Notes: generated from the letters alone by a model not told the origin. Counted from the first letter of the stretch, positions 29,627 through 39,697 are shown. The stretch is 64,000 nucleotides of DNA from an uncultured Actinomycetes bacterium (GCA_963782765.1 CAWALC010000001.1:323451-387450); one strand, 5' to 3'. Program-made: numbers and translations.

Positions 29627-31459
29627 TCAGGCGGGCGTTCGTGCCCTGACGAGGGCGCGGGCTGCGGCGGCGATCGCGTCGGCATCGATCCCGGCTGCGG
29701 CCAGCAGCTCGGCCGGCTTGCCGGAGTGCGGCAGCTCGCGCACGGCGAGGATCTGGACGGGCGGCCGGTCGTCGGCGTCGGCGAGCGCCGCCAGCACGGC
29801 TTCCCCGAGCCCGCCCTCGGCCCAGTGGTCCTCGGCGGTCACGATCGGTGTCCGGATCCCGCGGATCGTCTCGGCGTCGATCGGCTTGACCGAATAGAGG
29901 TCGATGACCCTGGCTGCGATGTCCTCGTCGGCCAGGCGATCCGCTGCCGCCAGCGCCTCGTGGAGCGTGATCCCGGCCGCGACGATCGTGACGTCGTCGT
30001 CGTCCGTCGAGCGCACGGTCTTGGAGCCGCCGACCGGGAACTCCTCGCCCGCGTCATAGATCACCGGCGTGTCGGCGCGGGTCGTGCGGAGGAACGAGAT
30101 CCCGTCGAGGTCGGCCATGGCCTGGACGAGCTTGGCCGTCTGGTTCCCGTCCGAGGGGTAGAGGACCGTCGAGCCGTTGATCGCGCGGAACTCGGCGAGA
30201 TCCTCGAGCGCCATCTGGGAGGGCCCGTCCTCGCCGATCGAGACCCCGGCGTGCGATCCGCAGAGCCTCAGGTTCGCCCGGCTGATCGCCGCCATGCGGA
30301 CGAAGTCGTACGCGCGGCTCCAGAACGCCGCGAACGTCGAGGCGAAGGGCTTCCATCCGAGCACCTGGATCCCGACGGCCGCGGCGGCCATCTGCTGTTC
30401 GGCGATGTACATCTCGATGTACCGGTCGGGGTGCGCCTCGGCGAAGATCTCCGCGTAGGTCGAGTTCGAGACTTCGCCGTCGAGCGCAACGACCAGCGGG
30501 TCGGAGCCGCCGAGCGCCGCGAGCGCCTCGCCGTACGCCTTGCGCGTGGCCACCTTCGTGCCGACCTCGTAGGTCGGCCACTCCGGCGTGCCCGGCGCGT
30601 CGAAGCGGTGGCGCTCCGCCGGCTCCGGCTTCGGGACGTCCACGGTGATGCTCCGGATGCCGCCGAGCTCCTCGATCGCCTCCTCGGCGACCGCCTTCCC
30701 GTGCCAGCCGCCCTGATCCTCGACCTTCGAGTACCCCTTGCCCTTCAGCGTCTTGGCGACGATCGCGGTCGGCTTCCCGCTCGTCGACTCGGCCTCGCGG
30801 TAGGCAGCGTCGATCTGCTCGACGTCGTGGCCGTCGACCTCGATTGCGTGCCAGCCGAACGCGCGCAGGCGGTCGGAGTACGAGGAGAGATCCCAGCCGT
30901 GCATGGTCTCGCCGCGCTGGCCCAGGCGGTTCACGTCGACGATCGCCGTCAGGTTGTCGAGCTCGTAGAACGCGGCGTGCTCGGCGGCCTCCCACATCGA
31001 GCCCTCGGCCATCTCGCTGTCGCCGCAGATCACCCAGACCCGGAACGGCAGCCGGTCGAGCCGCTTGCCGGCGAGCGCCATCCCGACTCCGATCGGCAGC
31101 CCCTGTCCCAGCGAGCCGGTTGCGACGTCGACCCAGGGAAGCGAGGGCGTGGGGTGTCCCTCGAGGCGGCTCCCGAACTGCCGGTAGGTGCCGAACTCGT
31201 CCTCCGAGAGGGCGCCGGCAGCGCGGAACAGGCCGTAGACGAGCGGCGAGGCGTGACCCTTGGAGAAGACGAGCCGGTCGTTCGCCGGGCTCTTCGGCTC
31301 GTCGAAGTCGTACCGGAAGTGGCTTGCGAGGAGCACGGCGGCCAGGTCCGCGGCGGACATGGACGACGTCGGGTGCCCGGAGCCCGCCTTGGCGCTCGCC
31401 CGCACCGCGTCCACGCGTAGCTGCTGTCCGAGCTCCCGCCAGAGTTCCGTGTTGCTCAT
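29627..31459 (-). CDS. tkt: transketolase
   Basis: Internal ATG (31459-31457) of ORF 29627..31519. Motifs GSGHPTSSMSAAD, CGDSEMAEGSMWEAAEHA and a full three-domain length. Confidence 0.93.
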   Translation of the reverse strand: MSNTELWRELGQQLRVDAVRASAKAGSGHPTSSMSAADLAAVLLASHFRYDFDEPKSPANDRLVFSKGHASPLVYGLFRAAGALSEDEFGTYRQFGSRLEGHPTPSLPWVDVATGSLGQGLPIGVGMALAGKRLDRLPFRVWVICGDSEMAEGSMWEAAEHAAFYELDNLTAIVDVNRLGQRGETMHGWDLSSYSDRLRAFGWHAIEVDGHDVEQIDAAYREAESTSGKPTAIVAKTLKGKGYSKVEDQGGWHGKAVAEEAIEELGGIRSITVDVPKPEPAERHRFDAPGTPEWPTYEVGTKVATRKAYGEALAALGGSDPLVVALDGEVSNSTYAEIFAEAHPDRYIEMYIAEQQMAAAAVGIQVLGWKPFASTFAAFWSRAYDFVRMAAISRANLRLCGSHAGVSIGEDGPSQMALEDLAEFRAINGSTVLYPSDGNQTAKLVQAMADLDGISFLRTTRADTPVIYDAGEEFPVGGSKTVRSTDDDDVTIVAAGITLHEALAAADRLADEDIAARVIDLYSVKPIDAETIRGIRTPIVTAEDHWAEGGLGEAVLAALADADDRPPVQILAVRELPHSGKPAELLAAAGIDADAIAAAARALVRARTPA

Positions 31460-31481
31460 GGGTGAGTAACGTAGACGAGTC

Positions 31482-31940
31482 ATGCGTGTTGCGGTGGCCT
31501 TCGACCACAGGGGCGTCAAGCTGCGCGAGCGCGTCCTCGAGGAGCTGACGGCGCTCGGACACGAGCTCGTCGATCTCGGGACGGACGCGGCCGAGCCGGC
31601 CGTGGACTACCCGGACAAGGCCCGCGAGATAGGCGAGGCGATCCGCTCCGGGGATGCGGAGCGCGGCGTGCTCGTCTGCGGCTCGGGCGTCGGCGCCTCG
31701 ATCGCGGCCTGCAAGCTGCCGGGGATCCGCGCCGCGATCTGCCACGACACGTATTCCGCCCACCAGGGAGTCGAGCACGACGACATGAACGTCCTCTGCA
31801 TCGGCTCCGGGGTCATCGGGGCCGACACGGCCGGCGAGCTCGTCCGCACCTTCCTGGCTGCGGAGTTCGACGGCGGTGAGCGGTACCGCAGGAGGCTTGA
31901 GAAGATCGAAGCGATGGAAAGAGAGGCTGCGAATGCCTGA
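31482..31940 (+). CDS. rpiB: ribose-5-phosphate isomerase B
   Basis: 152-aa ORF with MRVAVAFDHRG and VLVCGSGVGASIAACK (RpiB/LacAB family). Confidence 0.92.
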   Translation: MRVAVAFDHRGVKLRERVLEELTALGHELVDLGTDAAEPAVDYPDKAREIGEAIRSGDAERGVLVCGSGVGASIAACKLPGIRAAICHDTYSAHQGVEHDDMNVLCIGSGVIGADTAGELVRTFLAAEFDGGERYRRRLEKIEAMEREAANA

Positions 31941-33030
31941 GTCAAGACTGCACAGGCTGAGCGCGCTCGGCCAGAGCGTCTGGATCGACTCGCTGTCGCG
32001 CGAGTGGCTCCGGACGGGCGAGCTCGCCAGGATGATGGACGAGGACGCCGTCGTCGGCGTTACGTCCAATCCGACCATCTTCCAGAAGGCCATGTCCGAG
32101 GGGGAGTGGTACGACGACCAGCTCCGAGAGGTGCTCGCCGAGGAGGACGACCCGAAGGAGATCTTCCTGCGGCTCGCGTTCGACGACATCCGCGAGGCGT
32201 GCGACCTCATGAGCACGGTGTGGGACCGAACCGAGGGGCAGGACGGCTACGTCTCGCTCGAGGTCGAGCCGGCGCTTGCCCACGACACCAAGGCGACTGT
32301 CGAGCAGGCTCAGCGCTTCCACGACGCGATCGACCGGCCCAACCTCTACGTCAAGATTCCGGCGACCGCCGCCGGCGTCCCCGCGATCGAGGAGATGATC
32401 GCCCGGGGCAAGCGGATCAACGTGACACTGATCTTCGGCCTGGACCGCTACGCCGAGGTTGCGGAGGCGTACATCCGCGGGCTCGAGCGGCTGGTCGAGG
32501 ACGGCGGCGACCCCAAGCAGGTCACCTCCGTCGCGAGCTTCTTCGTCTCCCGTGTCGACACCGAGGCGGACAAGCGACTCGAGGGGCACGACGAGCTCAA
32601 GGGCCGGCTGGCGATCGCGAACGCGAAGCTCGCGTACCAGCGCTACAAGGAGATCTTCTCCGGGCCGCGCTGGGAGGCGCTGGCTGCGAAGGGTGCCTCG
32701 ACCCAGCGCTGCCTCTGGGCGTCGACGTCGACGAAGAACCCCGAGTACCGCGACGTGATGTACGTCGAAGAGCTGATCGGCCCGGAGACGGTGAACACGA
32801 TGCCGAAGGAGACGATCGAGGCGTTCCAGGATCACGGAGAGGTTCGGCCGACGCTCGAGGAGGGCCTGGACGAGGCTCGCAGGCTCTTCGAGGAGCTGGC
32901 CGCGGCCGGCGTCGACTACGACGACGTCACACGGGTCCTCGAGGAGGAGGGCGTGCAGAAGTTCGCCGACTCGTTCGACGAGCTCCTCGAGGGTGTCGCC
33001 GCCAAGCGGGCGCAGCTCGTAGCCGCTTGA
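31933..33030 (+). CDS. tal: transaldolase (long actinobacterial form)
   Basis: ATG 31933 lies inside track ORF 31876..33030. Motifs SVWIDSLSR, GVTSNPTIF, YVKIPAT, INVTLIF. Confidence 0.93.
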   Translation: MPESRLHRLSALGQSVWIDSLSREWLRTGELARMMDEDAVVGVTSNPTIFQKAMSEGEWYDDQLREVLAEEDDPKEIFLRLAFDDIREACDLMSTVWDRTEGQDGYVSLEVEPALAHDTKATVEQAQRFHDAIDRPNLYVKIPATAAGVPAIEEMIARGKRINVTLIFGLDRYAEVAEAYIRGLERLVEDGGDPKQVTSVASFFVSRVDTEADKRLEGHDELKGRLAIANAKLAYQRYKEIFSGPRWEALAAKGASTQRCLWASTSTKNPEYRDVMYVEELIGPETVNTMPKETIEAFQDHGEVRPTLEEGLDEARRLFEELAAAGVDYDDVTRVLEEEGVQKFADSFDELLEGVAAKRAQLVAA

Positions 33031-34319
33031 GCACGCTCGCTCCGGCCGAGCTCGTCGAGCGGATCTGGGAGCGGGATCCGTCGGTCTGGACCGGCGGCGA
33101 CGAGGCGCAGTGGCTCGGCTGGCTCGACGAGCCGGCGCGGATGCGCGAGCGGGCGCACGAGCTGCTGGAGTACGCGGCCCGGCTCGAGGGCGAGGTCGAC
33201 GACGTCGTCCTGATGGGGATGGGCGGCTCGAGCCTGGCGCCCGAGGTGATGCGCCGGTTCTTCGGCGCCGAGCGCTTCCACGTCCTCGACACGACGCACC
33301 CGACCGCGATTCGGCGGCTCGAGGAGCGGCTGGACGTCGACGGCACGCTCTTCGTCGCTGCGTCGAAGTCGGGCACGACGCTCGAGACTCGCTCGCACGC
33401 CGACTACTTCCGCAAGCGAGGCGGGCGCTTTGCAGTCATCACCGATCCGGGCTCGCCGCTGGCCGAGCTCTCGGAGGACGTCTTCTACGGCGAGCCCACG
33501 ATCGGCGGCCGCTACTCGGCGCTGTCCCTCTTCGGGCTCCTGCCGGCGGCGCTGATGGGTGTCGACGTCGTCAGGCTGCTCGACCGGGCGGACGAGATGC
33601 GTGAGGCCTGCCGGCTCTCGGAGGGGAACCCGGGGTTGGAGCTCGGGCTCTGGCTCGCCGAGCAGGAGTACCTCCAGGTCGACGCCGACTTCGGTCTCTG
33701 GGTGGAGCAGCTGGTCGCCGAGTCCACCGGCAAGGAGGGGAAGGGGATCGTCCCGGTCCGTGAGGGCGGCGCCGAGCCGGAGATCAGGCTTTCCGACCCG
33801 TACGAGCTCGGACAGGAGTTCTTCCGCTGGGAGTTCGCCGTTGCTGTCGCCGGCTCGATCCTCGGCATCAACCCGTTCGACCAGCCGGACGTCCAGGCGG
33901 CCAAGGACAAGACCCAGGCTGTCCTTTCGGGCCAACGGGGAGTGTCAGACACTCGTCATGTCTCCGAAGGACAGGTCGACGAGTTGCTCACCGAGGCGGG
34001 GCCGGGGCGCTACGTGGCGATACAGGCGTTCATCGACCCCGATCGCGAGGGCGAGCTCGAGCCACTCGTCCGGCAGGCGCGCGAGACCGGCGCGGCGGTC
34101 TCGGTCGGGCTCGGGCCGCGCTACCTCCACTCGACGGGACAGCTCCACAAGGGCGGGCCGGACACCGGCCTCTTCGTCCAGGTCGTGGACGACCTCGGCG
34201 AGGAGCTGCCGATCCCGGGCCAGAAGTTCGGCTTCCGCGCGCTGATCCAGGCGCAGGCCGACGGCGACCTCCAGGCGCTCGAGGAGCGGGGACGCCGGGT
34301 CGTGAGGGTCCAGCTGTGA
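33027..34319 (+). CDS. pgi: glucose-6-phosphate isomerase
   Basis: TTG 33027 overlaps the tal TGA. SIS motifs GMGGSSLAPEV and AASKSGTTLET are present. It lies inside track ORF 32004..34319. Confidence 0.85.
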   Translation: MSTLAPAELVERIWERDPSVWTGGDEAQWLGWLDEPARMRERAHELLEYAARLEGEVDDVVLMGMGGSSLAPEVMRRFFGAERFHVLDTTHPTAIRRLEERLDVDGTLFVAASKSGTTLETRSHADYFRKRGGRFAVITDPGSPLAELSEDVFYGEPTIGGRYSALSLFGLLPAALMGVDVVRLLDRADEMREACRLSEGNPGLELGLWLAEQEYLQVDADFGLWVEQLVAESTGKEGKGIVPVREGGAEPEIRLSDPYELGQEFFRWEFAVAVAGSILGINPFDQPDVQAAKDKTQAVLSGQRGVSDTRHVSEGQVDELLTEAGPGRYVAIQAFIDPDREGELEPLVRQARETGAAVSVGLGPRYLHSTGQLHKGGPDTGLFVQVVDDLGEELPIPGQKFGFRALIQAQADGDLQALEERGRRVVRVQL

Positions 34320-35182
34320 AGCTCGGGATGGTCGGCCTCGGCCGGATGGGCGGCAACATGACCATCCGGCTCCGAGAGCACGGCCACGAGATCGCCACCT
34401 TCGCCCACCACGGCGAGCGGACGGCGACCTCGCTCGAGGAGCTCGTCTCCCAGCTGGAGGCGCCGCGAGTCGTCTGGCTGATGGTTCCGGCAGGGGCGCC
34501 GACGGAGGAGTCCGTCCAGGAGCTGCTCGGTCTGCTCGAACCGGGCGACGTCATCATCGACGGCGGCAACTCGAACTTCCGCGAGTCGCAGCGGCGGGCG
34601 TCACAGGCAGCGGAGCGGCAGCTTCGGTTCCTCGACGTCGGCGTCTCGGGTGGGATCTGGGGCCGGACCGAGGGATACGCGCTCATGGCGGGCGGCGACA
34701 GCGAGGCAGTGGAGCTGGTCCGGCCGGCGTTCGAGGCGCTGGCGCCCGAGGGCGGCTACGCCCACGTCGGTCCGTCCGGCGCCGGGCACTTCGTGAAGAT
34801 GGTCCACAACGGGATCGAGTACGGGCTGATGCAGGCCTACGCCGAGGGCTTCGACCTCATGCAGGCGTCCGAGTTCGACCTCGACCTCGCGGAGATCGCG
34901 GAGCTGTGGCGCCACGGTTCCGTGGTCCGCAGTTGGCTCCTCGACCTGCTCACCCGCGCGCTCGAGCAGGACCCCGGCCTCGAGAGCATCCGGCCGTACG
35001 TCGAGGACTCTGGCGAGGGCCGCTGGACGGTCGAGGAGGCGATCGCGACGGCGGTCCCGCTCCACGTCATCACTGCGGCGCTCTATGCGCGCTTCGCGTC
35101 CCGCCAAGACGAGTCGTTCGCAGCCAAGGTCAACGCGGCACTCAGGGAGCAGTTCGGTGGCCACGCGGTCAAGCGCGACTGA
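34316..35182 (+). CDS. gnd: 6-phosphogluconate dehydrogenase (decarboxylating), short form
   Basis: GTG start overlaps the pgi TGA. Motifs MVGLGRMGGNM, DGGNSNF, GAGHFVKMVHNGIEYG. Confidence 0.9.
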   Translation: MKLGMVGLGRMGGNMTIRLREHGHEIATFAHHGERTATSLEELVSQLEAPRVVWLMVPAGAPTEESVQELLGLLEPGDVIIDGGNSNFRESQRRASQAAERQLRFLDVGVSGGIWGRTEGYALMAGGDSEAVELVRPAFEALAPEGGYAHVGPSGAGHFVKMVHNGIEYGLMQAYAEGFDLMQASEFDLDLAEIAELWRHGSVVRSWLLDLLTRALEQDPGLESIRPYVEDSGEGRWTVEEAIATAVPLHVITAALYARFASRQDESFAAKVNAALREQFGGHAVKRD

Positions 35183-35216
35183 GCTCCACGAGAACCCGCT
35201 GCTCGAGGGGCTCGAG

Positions 35217-36659
35217 GTGCGGCGGCGGCCGGAGCCGTGCGTCCTCACCATCTTCGGCGCCTCGGGCGACCTGACTCGCCGGAAGATCTTCCCGGCGCTC
35301 TACGCGCTCGCCTTCAGGGATCTGCTTCCAGAGCAGTTCGCCGTCGTCGGCGTCGCGCGCACGGCAATGGTCGACGGGGAGTTCGTCGCCGCGATGGAGG
35401 AGGCGGTGCGCGAGTTCGGGCGGGACGAGTTCCGACAGGACGTTTGGGACCGGCTTGCGGCGAATACGCGATACGTCTCGATCGACTTCGCCGACGAGGC
35501 GAGCCAGGACCAGGTTGTCAGGACGCTCCTCGAGCTCGACGAGGACGTCGGCAGCCGCGGGAACCGGGTCTTCTACTTCGCGGTTCCGCCCGATGCGATG
35601 CCGAGGCTCGTGGAGGCGCTCGGGAAGCGCCGCACCCGCGCCGGCTGGAAACGCTTGATCGTCGAGAAGCCGTTCGGCCACGACCTCGTCTCGGCCAGAA
35701 AGCTCAACGAGCTCCTCGCCGGCTATTTCACCGAGGACGAGGTCTTCCGGATCGACCACTACCTCGGCAAGGACACCGTCCAGAACCTCCTCGCGCTGCG
35801 ATTCGCGAACGGGATCTTCGAGCCCGTCTGGAACCGGCAGTTCATCGACCACGTCCAGATCACGGTCGCCGAGTCGATCGGCATCGGGAGCCGTGCGGCG
35901 TTCTACGAGCAGGCGGGCGCGATCCGTGACGTCTTTCAGAACCATCTCCTCCAGCTCGTCGCCCTCACCGGCATGGAGCCGCCGATCGACTTCACCGCCG
36001 AGGCCGTGCGCAACGAGAAGCTGAAGGTGCTGAAGGCGCTGGCGACACCGGCGCCGAACGAGTTCGTGCGTGGCCAGTACGGACAGGGCTTCATCGAGGG
36101 CCGGCCGGTGCCGGGCTACCGCGAGGAGCCTGGGGTCAGCCCCGCGTCGGAGACCGAGACCTTCGTCGCAGCGAGGCTCGAGATCGAGAACTGGCGCTGG
36201 GCGGACACGCCGTTCTTCGTCCGCACCGGCAAGCGGCTCCCCCGGCGCGAGACGACGATCGCCGTGCAATTCAAGCGCGTTCCCCATCCGCTCTTCGAGG
36301 ACGCGAGCGAGCTGCGGCCGAACGTCCTGATCATCCACATCCAGCCGAACGAGGGCGTCTCGCTCGCGATCGGCGCGAAGGTTCCCGGCGAGGGGATGCG
36401 GGTGCGCACCGTCCACATGGACTTCCTCTACGGCGGGGCGTTTCGCACGGGGCTTCCCGAGGCCTACGAGCGGCTGATCCTCGACGCGATGCTCGGTGAC
36501 GCGACGCTCTTCACGCGGGCCGACGAGATCGAGGAGCAGTGGGCGCTCGTCGACGCGATCGTCGCGGCCTGGCGGCGGGACAAGCCGGCTTTCCCGAACT
36601 ACCCCGCCGGAACCTGGGGCCCGCAGGCGGCGCAGGAGCTGGTCGGGTGGCACCGGTAG
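35217..36659 (+). CDS. zwf: glucose-6-phosphate dehydrogenase
   Basis: In frame with ORF 35085..36659. Motifs IFGASGDLTRRK, EKPFG, RIDHYLGKD. The start is uncertain: GTG 35217 is chosen, CTG 35199 is possible. Confidence 0.9.
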   Translation: MRRRPEPCVLTIFGASGDLTRRKIFPALYALAFRDLLPEQFAVVGVARTAMVDGEFVAAMEEAVREFGRDEFRQDVWDRLAANTRYVSIDFADEASQDQVVRTLLELDEDVGSRGNRVFYFAVPPDAMPRLVEALGKRRTRAGWKRLIVEKPFGHDLVSARKLNELLAGYFTEDEVFRIDHYLGKDTVQNLLALRFANGIFEPVWNRQFIDHVQITVAESIGIGSRAAFYEQAGAIRDVFQNHLLQLVALTGMEPPIDFTAEAVRNEKLKVLKALATPAPNEFVRGQYGQGFIEGRPVPGYREEPGVSPASETETFVAARLEIENWRWADTPFFVRTGKRLPRRETTIAVQFKRVPHPLFEDASELRPNVLIIHIQPNEGVSLAIGAKVPGEGMRVRTVHMDFLYGGAFRTGLPEAYERLILDAMLGDATLFTRADEIEEQWALVDAIVAAWRRDKPAFPNYPAGTWGPQAAQELVGWHR

Positions 36660-37484
36660 CCCACGTCGAAGAGTGGATCGACGAGTGCGCCACGATCGCG
36701 GAGATCGAGGCTGCCCTCGTCGACCTGAGGTACCGGCACTCGCACGGCGGCGAGCCGGACCTGCGGACGAGCGTGCTGACCCATCTCGCCTGGGTGCCGT
36801 CCGAGTGGCAGGAGGCCGCGGCCGAGACGCTCGCCGGGCTGGGCGAGCGCCACCCGTCGCGGACACTCCTCCTCTTTCCGCAGGTCCGGCGACGAGGATC
36901 TGCTCGCTGCCCGCGTGAGCCTCGAGTGCTACGAGCTACCGGGGATCGAGCGCCATCTCTGCAGCGAGGTCGTCGAGCTGCGGCTTGGCGCCGCGAGAGC
37001 CCAGGCGCCGGCGAGCATCGCCGTGCCGCTGCTCCTGCCCGACCTGCCGGTCTTCCTCCGCTGGCGCGGCCGACCCGACTTCGGCTCGCCCGTGTTCGGG
37101 CAGCTCGTGGACGTCGTCGACCGTCTCGTCGTGGACTCGGCCGAGTGGCCGGATGTCCCTGCCGCCTACGTGGAGCTCGCGGCGTTGTTCGACCGCGTTG
37201 CGACCTCGGACATCGCCTGGCGCCGTACGCTTCCCTGGCGCCGCGCCCTCGCCCAAGCCTGGCCCGAGCTTCCCGACCGGCTCACGGGGCCGCCGGCCGA
37301 GACGGCCCTCGTCGCCGGCTGGCTCGAGGACAGGGCGGGCCTCGAGGTCGAGCTCGAGCGTGCGGATGCGCTTCCTGTCGGTGGCAGCCGACCGCCGAGC
37401 GACCTCCTCTCCGACGAGCTCGACGTCTTCGTCCGCGACCGGGTCTACGAGGCGGCGGTCAAGAAGCTCGCGGGTCGTCCCTGA
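36647..37484 (+). pseudogene. opcA: OpcA (G6PDH assembly protein), one frame shift
   Basis: GTG 36647 overlaps the zwf end. The N-terminal part (...LTHLAWVPSEWQEAAAETLAGLGERHPSRTLLLFPQ) is in one frame. The continuation (SGDEDLLAARVSLECYELPGIE...LRWRGRPDF...) is one frame over. An extra G in CAGG at 36883-36884 explains the break. Confidence 0.8.
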
Positions 37485-37794
37485 TCGCGATCCCGGCCGG
37501 CCCGCCGGGCAGCTTCTCGACCACCAGGTAGTCGTCGTACTGCTCCAGGACCCGCTCGAACTCCAGCTCCTCGTGGCCCGGGACGATGAAGAACCACTTC
37601 GCATCGGAGCGGATCCGCTCGTACTCGCCGAGCGGGAGCTGGATCCGGTCGGTGCAGGACGCGTCGCCGCACTCGCAGACGAACTCGGCGACCTCGGTGA
37701 CGAGGCTGAAGCCCTCGCCGAGCTCGCGCAGCCGCTCGTTGACCTCGCGAAACACGACCTCGTTCTGGCCGATGCGCTTCCCTCGTTCCTGCAC
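37459..37794 (-). CDS. conserved hypothetical protein with C-x-C-x5-C motif
   Basis: GTG (37794-37792) in the frame of ORF 37459..38754. VQERGKRIGQNEVVFREVNERLRELGE...EFVCECGDASCTDRIQLPLGEYERIRSDAKWFFIVPGHE... reads as a real protein; the rest of the long track ORF is antisense to the kinase. Confidence 0.6.
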   Translation of the reverse strand: MQERGKRIGQNEVVFREVNERLRELGEGFSLVTEVAEFVCECGDASCTDRIQLPLGEYERIRSDAKWFFIVPGHEELEFERVLEQYDDYLVVEKLPGGPAGIAIRDDPRAS

Positions 37795-37825
37795 GCTTCG
37801 ATTATGCGCCGAGGCGTGCGACTCT

Positions 37826-38956
37826 GTGTACGTGGGTCGGAGCCGTAGGCTCGGGAGCGAGCTCGACGAGACCGTCCTCGAGCGGACGTCTGCGCTCGAG
37901 GAACAGTGGGCGCTGCTCCGGGCGGTCGTGGAGAACATCCCGGCCGGCCTGGTCGTCACGAACCAAGACGGAATCCCCCACATGGCGAACACGGAGGCGG
38001 TGCGAATTCTCGGCGCTGACGCGATCGACGCGTCGATCTTCTCGAACTGGCGAGAGATCGAGGTGTACCGGCTCGACGGTTCCCGCGTCGAGCTCGAGGA
38101 CTGGCCGATCTCGCGCACGCTCGCGAGCGGCGCCGTCGTGACCGCCGAACGGTACGAGGTCGTGCTCGAGGGGCGACGGCCGATTCTCGAGATCAGCACG
38201 GCCCCGGTCGTCTCGGTGTCCGGCGAGCGCACCGGGGCGGTGGCCGTCTTCCGCGACGTCACCGTCCGCGAGCGGGCCGAGCGTGCAGAGCGCGACTTCG
38301 TGACCAACGCGGCGCATGAGCTCCAGAGCCCGCTGGCCGCGATCGTGAGCGCGATCGAGGTCCTGCAGCGAGGTGCGAAGGACGGCCCGGAGCGCGATGT
38401 CTTCCTGGGCCACATCGAACGGGAGTCCGACCGGCTGGCGCGTCTCGTCCGTGCACTGCTCGTCCTCGCCCGCACCCAGACCGGCGTGGAAGCGCCGAGG
38501 GACGAGCTGGTCGCTCTGTGCCCGCTTCTCGAGGAGCTCGGCGCCGCGCTGCGGGTGCCTTCGGGCGTGGAGCTGAAGGTTGACTGCCCGAGAGACCTGG
38601 CGGTGGTCACGAACCGCGAGCTCTTGGAACAGGCCGTCGTCAACCTCGCGGAAAACGCCGCCAAGCACACAGGCACCGGCCGGATCGTTCTGAGCGGGGC
38701 AGAGGGGGGCGGAGGTGCCGTCGTGATCGTAGTTTCCGACACGGGGCCGGGCATCGCCGCCGCCGAGCGATCGCGGGTCTTCGGCCGCTTCTACCGCGCT
38801 GACGCCGACCAGACGGCAGGCTTCGGCCTCGGCCTGGCGATCGTCCACGCCGTGGCGGATGCGCTCGACGGTGAGCTCGAGCTCGACTCGCAGGTCGGGA
38901 CGGGCACGACGATTCGCCTTCGGCTCCCCAACGCGGCTGCGATGGTGTCCACATGA
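37826..38956 (+). CDS. cytoplasmic PAS-domain sensor histidine kinase
   Basis: GTG 37826 in the frame of ORF 37586..38956. PAS region (LLRAVVENIPAGLVVTNQDG...), H-box AAHELQSPLAAI, N/G boxes (NLAENAAKHT, DTGPGI, GFGLGLAIV). No TM segment. Confidence 0.88.
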   Translation: MYVGRSRRLGSELDETVLERTSALEEQWALLRAVVENIPAGLVVTNQDGIPHMANTEAVRILGADAIDASIFSNWREIEVYRLDGSRVELEDWPISRTLASGAVVTAERYEVVLEGRRPILEISTAPVVSVSGERTGAVAVFRDVTVRERAERAERDFVTNAAHELQSPLAAIVSAIEVLQRGAKDGPERDVFLGHIERESDRLARLVRALLVLARTQTGVEAPRDELVALCPLLEELGAALRVPSGVELKVDCPRDLAVVTNRELLEQAVVNLAENAAKHTGTGRIVLSGAEGGGGAVVIVVSDTGPGIAAAERSRVFGRFYRADADQTAGFGLGLAIVHAVADALDGELELDSQVGTGTTIRLRLPNAAAMVST

Positions 38957-39648
38957 GCCGTGTCCTCGTGATCGACGACGAGGCGGCGATCCGCGACGCG
39001 GTCGAGTACGCGCTCCGCAGCGAGGGCTTCCAGGTGGAAGGCGCCGGCGACGGGGAGGCCGGCCTCGAGGCGGCCCAGTCCGGCAGCTACGACGTCGTCA
39101 TCCTGGATCTGATGCTTCCGAAGATGTCCGGCACCGAGGTCTGCCGGCGGCTGCGGCGCGAGAGCGCGGTTCCGATCATCATGCTGACCGCGAAGGGGGC
39201 GGAGCTCGACCGCGTCCTGGGCCTGGAGATCGGCGCGGACGACTACGTGACCAAGCCGTTCTCGATGGCGGAGCTGATCGGGCGGATCCGGGCGATCCTC
39301 CGGCGGCGTCAGCTCGATCGTTCGGGCGCGACGGGCGTCATCCGGGTCGGCGACCTCGAGCTCGACCCCATCAGGCACGACATCCGGATCCAGGGGCAGC
39401 AGCGGCGGCTGACGCCGTCGGAGTTCAAGCTCCTGCTCCTGCTCGCACAGGATCCGGAGCGGGTCTTCAGCCGGCGCGAGATCATGCAGCATCTCTGGGA
39501 CTCCACGTACGTCGGCGACCAGCGCGCGTGCGACATCCACGTCTCCAATCTCCGACAGAAGATCGAGGAGGATCCTGGCAATCCGCAGCGCGTGGTGACC
39601 GTGCGCGGAGTCGGCTACAAGCTCTCCGCGGTCGACGCCGGTTTGTGA
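38953..39648 (+). CDS. OmpR-family response regulator
   Basis: 231-aa ORF with VLVIDDE, VILDLMLP, TAKG, a KPF receiver domain, and a winged-helix C-terminus (VRGVGYKL). Confidence 0.93.
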   Translation: MSRVLVIDDEAAIRDAVEYALRSEGFQVEGAGDGEAGLEAAQSGSYDVVILDLMLPKMSGTEVCRRLRRESAVPIIMLTAKGAELDRVLGLEIGADDYVTKPFSMAELIGRIRAILRRRQLDRSGATGVIRVGDLELDPIRHDIRIQGQQRRLTPSEFKLLLLLAQDPERVFSRREIMQHLWDSTYVGDQRACDIHVSNLRQKIEEDPGNPQRVVTVRGVGYKLSAVDAGL

Positions 39649-39697
39649 GCGAATCCATAGCCGCTGGTCACTGAACGCTCAGCCGGCCGCGGCTACC

